Source of the DNA: Candidatus Zixiibacteriota bacterium
Lineage (GTDB): Bacteria; Zixibacteria; MSB-5A5; GN15; FEB-12
DNA length: 51,724 nt
Reading direction: 5' to 3'
NCBI GenBank assembly: GCA_020346225.1
Contig: CP070777.1
Span: 141,599 to 193,322 of the forward strand
Every line of letters begins with the position of its first letter. Positions within the stretch are counted from its first letter, which is position 1. Positions 37,489 to 45,398 of the stretch are shown here, piece by piece. Both the position numbers and the translations under genes were made by a program. A model generated the notes under the pieces. The model had not been told where the DNA came from and ran no database searches. It worked only from the letters and a program-made list of their open reading frames with translations.

Positions 37489-37950
37489 ATGATTGACGAT
37501 GTTGACCGCAAAATACTGTCGATTCTTCAGAAAAACGCCAGAGATTCCAACGCTAATATTGCTAGGGAGCTGGGACTGGCACCCTCGGCCATTCACGAAC
37601 GGGTAAAAAAGCTTGAGCAAAAGGGGATCATTAAAGGTTATCATGCCCGTCTTGACGCACCGAAGCTTGGTTTCTGTGTTACGGCCTTTGTCTTCGTGCG
37701 GAGCGACGACCGGGTGGGCTCGGTGGCTTCGGCCAAGCGGCTGGGCGAAATCGACGAAGTTGAAGAAGTCCATCATATAGCTGGGGAGGACTGTTATCTG
37801 GTGAAACTGCGGGTCGGTGGTAATGAAGAGCTGGGCCGGCTGCTTCGTGAGAAAATAGGCGCCATTCATTCAATCAAGTCGACACGCACCAGCGTGGTGC
37901 TGGAAACCCTGAAGGAGGGCGCAAACCTTCCCGTAACTGAAACCCGTTGA
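37489..37950 (+). CDS. Lrp/AsnC family transcriptional regulator
   Basis: IDDVDRKIL..LQKNAR, ERVKKLE..GIIKGY, HHIAGEDCYLVK; AGGAGG RBS. Confidence 0.95.
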   Translation: MIDDVDRKILSILQKNARDSNANIARELGLAPSAIHERVKKLEQKGIIKGYHARLDAPKLGFCVTAFVFVRSDDRVGSVASAKRLGEIDEVEEVHHIAGEDCYLVKLRVGGNEELGRLLREKIGAIHSIKSTRTSVVLETLKEGANLPVTETR

Positions 37951-38028
37951 AGCCGGGGTGTGGACGCTCGGTGCCAACGGGCGCAAAGAGAGGTCCGTTA
38001 AACTGACCGGATAACCGTAAATAAAGTT

Positions 38029-39012
38029 ATGTCCAGGCATTTAAGATTGAAAATAATTCTTGGCTTCGCCGCCATCTACGTCATCTGGGGCTCGACGTAT
38101 CTGGCCATCCGCTTCGGGGTGGAAACGATTCCCCCATTCCTTATGGCCGGTGTTCGGTTTATTATTGGTGGGGGCTTGCTCTATGGCTTCGTTCGGGCTC
38201 GCGGCGTCCCGGCCCCGCAACGCTCTCACTGGAAACCGGCGCTTATCATGGGCCTGCTTATGCCAGCCGGGGGGACGGGACTGGTCACCTGGGCCGAGAC
38301 CCTGGTCCCCTCGGGCCTGACGGCGCTTCTTGTGGCAACCGCGCCGATGTGGATTGTCCTGGCCGACTGGCTTCGACCTAAAGGGACGAGGCCGACCGTG
38401 ATGGTGGTGGCAGGCCTGTTTCTTGGTCTGGCCGGTATGTCCCTGCTAATTAATCCCACAGATATCGGCGGCTTCAATGAGGTTAACAAGCTGGGCGCGG
38501 TCGTTATCATTATCGCCGCTCTGTCCTGGTCGGTGGGTTCCGTCTACTCAAGATACGCTCATCAGCCGCGCTCCAAGCTGCTCGGGGTGGCCATGCAGAT
38601 GATCGCCGGCGGGGGCGGCCTGGTGCTGGTCTCACTTCTTGTGGGTGAACTCGGTTCCTTCGAACACACCGCCGTATCGCTCAAATCGCTGCTGGCTCTC
38701 GGCTACCTGATTTCGCTGGGTTCGCTGGCTTTTGTAGCCTACATCTGGCTGCTGGCCGAATCCACACCGGCCAGGGCGGCAACTTACGCTTATGTCAATC
38801 CGATCATCGCCCTCGTTCTGGGCGCGGTGCTGGCTGGTGAGACCCTGAGCGTCTGGACGCTGGGCTGCTCTGCGATAGTTATCACTTCTGTTATAATGAT
38901 TATAACGGCGCGAACTCGTGCCGGTGAAACGGAAATCACCCGAGCGTCTCCGCGGCCGGTCCAACCTGTATCAGTTAAAGAAGGAGAAATCTGTCATGAC
39001 AAATCCTCCTGA
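38029..39012 (+). CDS. EamA/DMT family exporter (YedA-like)
   Basis: IYVIWGSTYLAI, VPSGLTAL, TYAYVNPIIAL; 10 TM. Confidence 0.92.
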   Translation: MSRHLRLKIILGFAAIYVIWGSTYLAIRFGVETIPPFLMAGVRFIIGGGLLYGFVRARGVPAPQRSHWKPALIMGLLMPAGGTGLVTWAETLVPSGLTALLVATAPMWIVLADWLRPKGTRPTVMVVAGLFLGLAGMSLLINPTDIGGFNEVNKLGAVVIIIAALSWSVGSVYSRYAHQPRSKLLGVAMQMIAGGGGLVLVSLLVGELGSFEHTAVSLKSLLALGYLISLGSLAFVAYIWLLAESTPARAATYAYVNPIIALVLGAVLAGETLSVWTLGCSAIVITSVIMIITARTRAGETEITRASPRPVQPVSVKEGEICHDKSS

Positions 39013-40006
39013 GGCCCCAGAAGATACGCCCATTTACAGTCAGGTGTTGACGGCGCTTGAAGAGAAGGGTTACCGGGGCAGAATCGTGTCAATCGGGCGG
39101 CTGCGCGATATCAGCGCGCATATCGATCGGCACCGGCAGGCCGGCAGCCTCGACGAAGAATTCGACCGGGATTGGCTGGCCACCTTTGATTTCGATGTGG
39201 CCGCTAAGCACCCCGACCTCAAGTCGATTATCATTGTGGCCGTACCACAGCCTCACGTGCGTCTGTCGTTCGAGTCCGGTCAGGGCACCATCACGGCCGT
39301 TATCCCGCCCACCTACTCTGACAAAATCGACGGTTACGTCACGAACGTGCTGCAGGACATTCTCGTGCGGGGCGGCTTCAGGCTGTCGCGCCATCGTGTC
39401 CCTCTCAAGACCGTCGCCGCATGCAGCGGGCTGGCCGAGTACGGAAAGAACAATATTACCTATGTTGAAGGTATGGGCAGTTACTGTCGCCTGATGGCTT
39501 TCTGCACCGATATGCCGTGCGATGACTATGCCTGGCAGGAACCGCGCGAGATGGAGGCGTGCCGCGACTGCACTGCCTGCCTCAAGAAATGCCCCACCAA
39601 CGCCATTGCCGATGACCGCTTTCTCCTTCGCGCCGAGCGATGTATTACTTATCACAACGAGAGCGAAGGTCCATTCCCGGAATGGATCGAGCCTGCCTGG
39701 CATCACTGCCTGATAGGCTGTCTCTACTGTCAGGCTTACTGTCCGGTGAATCACGGTGTCAGCCGGTCCGTCAAGACGGGGCCGAGCTTTGACCTCGCTG
39801 AGACAAATCTCATTTTGAAGGGTGTACCCGCTAACAGCCAGCCAGAGGCGACGCGGCTCAAGCTGGAGGAGTATGGTTTCTATGAAAGCCTGGCGGATCT
39901 GACTCGCAACCTTTCGGTGCTGATAGAAATTCCCGGAAACATTGAGCGGGGGCTGAGTTTCCTTCCGGAAAAGCAAGGCATGGGAGATTCACATGGCTTC
40001 AGATAG
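38996..40006 (+). CDS. epoxyqueuosine reductase (QueG)-like 2x[4Fe-4S] protein
   Basis: PLKTVAACSGLAEYGKN, CRDCTACLKKCPT, RCITY, GCLYCQAYCPVN; AAGGAG RBS before the ATG at 38996. Confidence 0.75.
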   Translation: MTNPPEAPEDTPIYSQVLTALEEKGYRGRIVSIGRLRDISAHIDRHRQAGSLDEEFDRDWLATFDFDVAAKHPDLKSIIIVAVPQPHVRLSFESGQGTITAVIPPTYSDKIDGYVTNVLQDILVRGGFRLSRHRVPLKTVAACSGLAEYGKNNITYVEGMGSYCRLMAFCTDMPCDDYAWQEPREMEACRDCTACLKKCPTNAIADDRFLLRAERCITYHNESEGPFPEWIEPAWHHCLIGCLYCQAYCPVNHGVSRSVKTGPSFDLAETNLILKGVPANSQPEATRLKLEEYGFYESLADLTRNLSVLIEIPGNIERGLSFLPEKQGMGDSHGFR

Positions 40007-40586
40007 CAGCGAAAAGCTACGCGTGCTGGGTGTGGTCGGCAGCCCGCGCAAAGGCGGCAACACCGATATCCTGGTCGATGCCGTTCTGGCCGGTGCCGAA
40101 CGGGCCGGGGCCGAAAGCAGCAAAATCTACCTTGGCAAGTTGAACCTAAAACCGTGTCGGGCGTGCGAAGGGTGTAAGAAAGCCGGCCGTTGTGTCAACG
40201 ATGACGACATGCAGCTTGTGCTCAGTCAGATGGATCAGAGTACCATATGGGTACTGGGTACGCCGGTCTACTTCTGGGGACCGACGGGCTGGTTCAAAGC
40301 GTTCGTCGACCGCTGGTATGGCGCCAGGGAACACATCAACTTCGCCGAGAAGAAGGCCATTCTCGCCGTTCCCTTCGAGGATACCAAGACCGCCACGGCC
40401 AGACATACTGTCGGCATGATTAAAGATGCCCTCGACTACATGAAAACCCCGCTCCTGGCCAGTATCGTTGTCCCCGGCGTTCTGAATAAGGGTGATGTCA
40501 ACAGCCACGAGGAGACACTGGCCGCGGCGAGCCGGGCGGGGTACGATGCCGTGGTTAACCACAATGCCGCTTTGGGCGCCGAATAG
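39993..40586 (+). CDS. iron-sulfur flavoprotein / NADPH-dependent FMN reductase family (flavodoxin-like)
   Basis: GSPRKGGNT, CRACEGC...C..DDM, GTPVYF, KAFVDR. Confidence 0.9.
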   Translation: MASDSSEKLRVLGVVGSPRKGGNTDILVDAVLAGAERAGAESSKIYLGKLNLKPCRACEGCKKAGRCVNDDDMQLVLSQMDQSTIWVLGTPVYFWGPTGWFKAFVDRWYGAREHINFAEKKAILAVPFEDTKTATARHTVGMIKDALDYMKTPLLASIVVPGVLNKGDVNSHEETLAAASRAGYDAVVNHNAALGAE

Positions 40587-40612
40587 CACAGCCGCGCGTC
40601 CGAAATCCCGGC

Positions 40613-42628
40613 CTATTGCCGCCGGACAGCCGTACCGACCACGTACCGGTGAAGAATGGGAATCCCTTCTGACGTGCCGGAGCGCTCGTCAACACGTCTC
40701 ACAAAATCTTCCATTAGACGGCCGCGCTGAGACTCTTCGATAGCGTGATAAAATGTCGAGCCGGCGCCCGATTTCATTACGTGATCGAGCACCCCGCGTC
40801 CGTCACGGCACACTACCGTGAACGTTCCGTCATACAGGTAGTCAATCTCGAATCCGGCGGCCGCAAGCGACGCCGCGACATCTCCGGATTCTTGCGGGAA
40901 CTTTAACAGCACCGCCTTCCGAATAACGCCGGGATTTTCCCGGACCAGGTCCTCGAAGATCTCGAAGGGCAGTTCGGGGGAGCGATCCAAATGTGCCACA
41001 AAACCGATTTCTCCGCCGGGTCTTATGACGCGGCTAAGGCTGGGAAAAATCTCTTCACAGCCCACATATCCGATCAGCCAGGTCAGGGTTGCGATATCGG
41101 CCGAGCCGGGGGGCATGGCAGCCAGCTCCTCAAGGACGTCACCAATGCGAAACTCGGTTCGGTTCAATCCGGCGTTCTCCAGGCGCTCTCTGGCCCGGGC
41201 CACCATCGCCTCCGTCAAATCTATGCCTATCACCCGCCCGCCCGGCGCCACGCTGCGGGCAAGCATGGCCGTGGCGTAGCCGGTGCCGCAGCCGCAATCG
41301 ATTGCGGTGGCTCCCGGGTTGTCGGACAGACGCTCGAAAAGATCGTCGATGGGTCCGGATGCCACCGACAGCCAGTAATCATCATAGGTCTCGCTGGCCT
41401 GCGAATATCCGGCGATGATCTCGACGTTGCCGGTCGATTCCTCCTCCGACCGGGTGAGCACTTCATAGAACCCCGGCAGACCGTCGTTAAACGGCGGTAT
41501 GGACTCCGCCTCGCTCGACGGTATCAAACCGGATCGGCGGACGTGGGTTTGAAAATGCTCGCGCTGGGCAAAGGCCCGGCAGGTCCGGCACGGTGCTTTC
41601 AGCGCCGACTGCATCCTCTCGATAATCGGCTGGAGATCCTCGCTGTAAGAATTGCCGTAGGTAACCGGCATCATGTTGCACGGCGAGACCTCCCCCGTCC
41701 CGTCGATGTAGATATGCGAGAACCCGGCGCCGCAGCCGAAGAACTCCGGTGCTTCCAGGTGGGCAAAGGAAGAGATAGCGGGACCGTTCTCGTCGGAATT
41801 GTATTTTGCCATGTAATCGCGGATGGTTTGAAAATCGGAAGGTTCGAGCAGGCTGGAAGAGTGAAGCAGCTTTCCGGCCGGGGCCGGTTCGAGAATCTGA
41901 ATTTCGGCCACGCCGAGCCGGCGGTTCAGCTCGACCAGGCTCGCGAAATTGTCCGGCTCGAGCATGTGTTTCGAGGGGACCACACACGTGTAGGTGTAGA
42001 AACCGTGCTCAAGCGCCGTTTCGATTCCCCTCAGGGCGATTCGAAAAGCACCGCGGACACCTCGGATGCGGTCGTGCTCCTGCTCGTTTCCGCTGTCCAG
42101 ACTGACCGAGATGGCATACACGCCCCGTTCGCGGAGGCGGCCCGCCAGGTTATCGCTGAGACCGTAGCCGGTCGTCGATATAATGGCGCACGTATCATCG
42201 TTGAGTGCACCGCAGATTTCGACCAGGTCCGATCTCAGGCACGGCTCGCCACCCGTGAAGTTTATCAGGAAAGCCCCCAGCTCCTGGAGCCGGGCAACGA
42301 CACGCTGCAAAGCTTCGGTGACCGGGTCGGCCACCTGGCGGCCGGCGTTGTAACAGTGGCGGCAGTTGAACATGCAGGCGTTGGTAACGGCCAGATCGAC
42401 CGCCTGGACACCCGTCGGTCCCTCCGCCCCGAAAAATGTCTCCATGAATCGCGCGAATGCCTTGCCGGGAAAGGGGGGAATAAAAGTGCTGATAACGTAC
42501 TGCTCACCGTACCGTCTGACACGTTCGATTGACAGAAAGTCGACGAGGAATTGATGCAGCGAGGGGGTGAACACCCCCGTATCCACCATCCGCATGAAGT
42601 CTTCAAGAAACCGGTTATTGGCTGTCAT
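40613..42628 (-). CDS. radical SAM (SPASM/twitch-like) enzyme fused to a class I SAM-dependent methyltransferase
   Basis: CMFNCRHC, FTGGEP, SLDS..HD.IRG, CGAG...IDGTGEVSPC...CRTC; C-terminal IDCGCGTG and IGIDL. Confidence 0.88.
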   Translation of the reverse strand: MTANNRFLEDFMRMVDTGVFTPSLHQFLVDFLSIERVRRYGEQYVISTFIPPFPGKAFARFMETFFGAEGPTGVQAVDLAVTNACMFNCRHCYNAGRQVADPVTEALQRVVARLQELGAFLINFTGGEPCLRSDLVEICGALNDDTCAIISTTGYGLSDNLAGRLRERGVYAISVSLDSGNEQEHDRIRGVRGAFRIALRGIETALEHGFYTYTCVVPSKHMLEPDNFASLVELNRRLGVAEIQILEPAPAGKLLHSSSLLEPSDFQTIRDYMAKYNSDENGPAISSFAHLEAPEFFGCGAGFSHIYIDGTGEVSPCNMMPVTYGNSYSEDLQPIIERMQSALKAPCRTCRAFAQREHFQTHVRRSGLIPSSEAESIPPFNDGLPGFYEVLTRSEEESTGNVEIIAGYSQASETYDDYWLSVASGPIDDLFERLSDNPGATAIDCGCGTGYATAMLARSVAPGGRVIGIDLTEAMVARARERLENAGLNRTEFRIGDVLEELAAMPPGSADIATLTWLIGYVGCEEIFPSLSRVIRPGGEIGFVAHLDRSPELPFEIFEDLVRENPGVIRKAVLLKFPQESGDVAASLAAAGFEIDYLYDGTFTVVCRDGRGVLDHVMKSGAGSTFYHAIEESQRGRLMEDFVRRVDERSGTSEGIPILHRYVVGTAVRRQ

Positions 42629-42673
42629 AACTACTGCTCCCTGTTTGGTCGTCAGGTATCCGCAGGATGATGG

Positions 42674-42689
42674 TGCAAGGGTTGTGCCG
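42674..42689 (-). promoter_or_regulatory. putative sigma54 (-24/-12) promoter
   Basis: Minus strand CGGCAC-AACCC-TTGCA, exact GG-N10-GC spacing, 45 nt upstream of the radical SAM ATG. Confidence 0.6.
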
Positions 42690-43031
42690 GGCGGCTCCGT
42701 TTAACCTCGACCCCCTTAATGCTCTTACCGGCAATGCATTATAATGAAACGGTCGCCCTTGGTGACCGCCGCCGGGTGATTACTGGATAACCAATCGGGG
42801 TAGTAGCTTTCTTTGTCGCGAGGCTGAATCGAAGGATGCGCCCGGCGCGGTCGTTTTAAGGCTTTCGTTTGGGGTCCGAATGCAGTAAATTGGAGGTTCA
42901 AGAGGAATAAGCCCGAGTATTCAGTAGCAGATTTGCCGAGGCAGCTTGGCCCCGGGGCACAAGCTTTTTCGGGTGCGCCCTTTTACGTGGTCTGCTCGCC
43001 GTCAATGGCGGGAACAAAGGAGGACAACAGG

Positions 43032-45200
43032 ATGATGTCGAGGAAAGTGACAGTATTGATGATTATCATCGCGGCGGGTCTTTGTCATGGCCTTGCATTC
43101 GGTGAAGAGGGGATGTGGCCGCATTATGATGTGGGCAAAATATCGTTTGAAAAGTTCCGGCCGCACGGACTCGAGCTGCAGCCGAAGGATATCTTCGACC
43201 CCGACGGAGGCGGCCTCTACCGGGCTGTCGTCCGGCTGGGCGCAACCGGCTCCTTCGTTTCAGAGAAGGGATTGATAATCACCAACCACCATGTTGCTTT
43301 CGGAGCCGTACAGAAGCAGAGCACCGCTTCCGAGAACCTGGTGAAGGACGGCTTCTACGCCCCCACCCGCCAGGAAGAAATACCGGCCATCGGCTATAAT
43401 GCGTGGGTTACCCTGTCAGTCGAGGATGTAACCGATCGTGTGCTCACCGGCATTACCGACGACATGGACGACTATGACCGGTATCAGGCGATGGACCGGG
43501 CTATCAAAGAGATAATTGACGGGGCCGAGAAGAAGGGCGATTACAAGTGCCGGGTGGCGCGGATGTTCGGCGGCAAGCAGTTCATTCTGTATACCCAGCT
43601 CAAGATTCGTGACATCCGAATCGTGTACGTCCCGCCGTCCTCCATCGGCGTCTACGGCGGCGATATCGATAACTGGATGTGGCCGAGACACACCGGCGAT
43701 TTTTCTTTCCTGCGGGCCTACGTGGCGCCGGACGGCAGTTCCGCCGAGTATGCCGAGGAGAATGTCCCGTACCACCCTGATGTGTATCTGCCGATCGCCA
43801 AGGCCGGCGTCGACGAAGGCGATTTCGCCATGATCATCGGCTTCCCCGGCGGGACCAGCCGCTATGCCTCTTCTTTCTACATCGATGACCTCATCGGGTA
43901 TTCTTATCCCAGGTGGATACGGCTCTCTCAGGATGTTCTGGGAATCATTGAGAAGGTTTCCGCCGAGGACGAAGAGGTTGCCATCCGGCTTTCTTCGCGC
44001 GTACAGGGTCTTAATAACAGCCTGAAGAACAGTCTCGGCATGATGGATGGTTTCGATGACTGGGGTCTTCTGGAGAAGAAGCTTCAGGCCGAGGCCGGCC
44101 TGAGCGAGTTTATCGCCGGCAGCCCGGGACTGGTAGAGCGGTACGGAGGCGTTCTCTCGGGACTCGATAGCCTTTATCGGCAGAAAAAGCTTACCCGAGA
44201 CAGGGACTACGCCCTGAGGATGTTGGGCTGGCCGAACTACGCCGGCATGGCCTTCGCCATCTACAAATGGGCCCTGGAGCGTGGCAAAGAGGACCTGGAC
44301 CGGGAACGCGGCTACCAGGACAGGGACTCCTCATCGACTCGTGAATGGCTTGAAGATGTCCAGGTCAACCTTGTCCCGGGGTACGACCGGGCGCTTCTTG
44401 AGTATCTGCTCGCGCGCGCTCTGGAGCTTCCCGAGGGCCAGCGCATCGCTTCTGTCGACGAGACCATCGGCGCGGCCGGGGGCGGTGACCGCCGAGAGCG
44501 GCTGAATACCTGGTTGGACGATGCTTTTGGGAGAACCGGCATCGGCGATCTTGACAAAAGGATGAAGATGTTCACCATGTCGCTGGAAGAACTGGAGGCG
44601 CTGAAGGACCCTTTTATCGAGTTCGCTAAGAACACCTATGCCGAGCGCGAAGAGATCAAAAAACGGGCGAAAAAGTTCTCAGGTATGTCCAGCCGCCTGG
44701 AGCCGAAACTTATCTCGGCCTATGCGGAATGGAAGAACTACGAACTGTATCCGGATGCCAATGGCACTATGCGGGTCAATTTCGGCGTGGTCAAAGGGTA
44801 CAGCCCGCGCGACGCGCTGAACTACACCTGCTTCACCACCGTGGCCGGGGTGCTCGAAAAGGAAACCGGCGAGGATCCGTTCATCGTACCGCCTGAGCTT
44901 AAGCAGTATCACCGCTCCGGCGCCGCCAGCGCCTATATCGATCCCGGCCTGGGCGACGTTCCCGTGAATCTGCTTACCACCAACGATGCCACCGGTGGCA
45001 ATTCCGGCAGCCCCGTCATCGACGGCCGTGGGCGGCTCGTCGGACTGCTCTTTGACTGCAACTATGAGAGTATTGCGGCGGATTACCTGTTTAATCCCGA
45101 CGTGACCCGCTCTATAAGTGTTGATATCAGATATGTGCTCCATGTCATAGACGAAATCTATCACCTGGACGCTTTGGTGGATGAATTGACAGTTCTGTGA
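43032..45200 (+). CDS. S46 family dipeptidyl peptidase (DPP7/DPP11-like)
   Basis: Signal peptide then EEGMW; TNHHV, DNWMWPRHTGDF, YPDANGTMR, DATGGNSGSPV; AGGAGG RBS. Confidence 0.95.
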   Translation: MMSRKVTVLMIIIAAGLCHGLAFGEEGMWPHYDVGKISFEKFRPHGLELQPKDIFDPDGGGLYRAVVRLGATGSFVSEKGLIITNHHVAFGAVQKQSTASENLVKDGFYAPTRQEEIPAIGYNAWVTLSVEDVTDRVLTGITDDMDDYDRYQAMDRAIKEIIDGAEKKGDYKCRVARMFGGKQFILYTQLKIRDIRIVYVPPSSIGVYGGDIDNWMWPRHTGDFSFLRAYVAPDGSSAEYAEENVPYHPDVYLPIAKAGVDEGDFAMIIGFPGGTSRYASSFYIDDLIGYSYPRWIRLSQDVLGIIEKVSAEDEEVAIRLSSRVQGLNNSLKNSLGMMDGFDDWGLLEKKLQAEAGLSEFIAGSPGLVERYGGVLSGLDSLYRQKKLTRDRDYALRMLGWPNYAGMAFAIYKWALERGKEDLDRERGYQDRDSSSTREWLEDVQVNLVPGYDRALLEYLLARALELPEGQRIASVDETIGAAGGGDRRERLNTWLDDAFGRTGIGDLDKRMKMFTMSLEELEALKDPFIEFAKNTYAEREEIKKRAKKFSGMSSRLEPKLISAYAEWKNYELYPDANGTMRVNFGVVKGYSPRDALNYTCFTTVAGVLEKETGEDPFIVPPELKQYHRSGAASAYIDPGLGDVPVNLLTTNDATGGNSGSPVIDGRGRLVGLLFDCNYESIAADYLFNPDVTRSISVDIRYVLHVIDEIYHLDALVDELTVL

Positions 45201-45333
45201 CAGCAGGCTTCGCTTATCCGATTTAGGGCAGGACACCGCCGTCTGCGGGGTAAACCGGCGCGCCGGGGCTAAAAGCCCGGCACGCACGGTCATCCCCTCA
45301 CGACGCCGCCTGCCCGCACGCCTTCGGTTTCAC

Positions 45334-45362
45334 TTGCTCCCTCAGAGGTTCAGCGTTATATT
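45334..45362 (+). promoter_or_regulatory. putative sigma70 promoter
   Basis: TTGCTC-N17-TATATT upstream of the kinase gene. Confidence 0.4.
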
Positions 45363-45398
45363 GGTGTTGCAGGAGCGCGGCAAATACCGTCACCTTCA

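Noticed and set aside
40991-42532. 513-aa plus-strand ORF
   Set aside because: Antisense shadow of the radical SAM-methyltransferase gene with no motifs; expected in GC-rich DNA. The same applies to 20975-22063, 27496-28305 and 39089-39976, and to the off-frame ORF 25287-26177 inside the permease.
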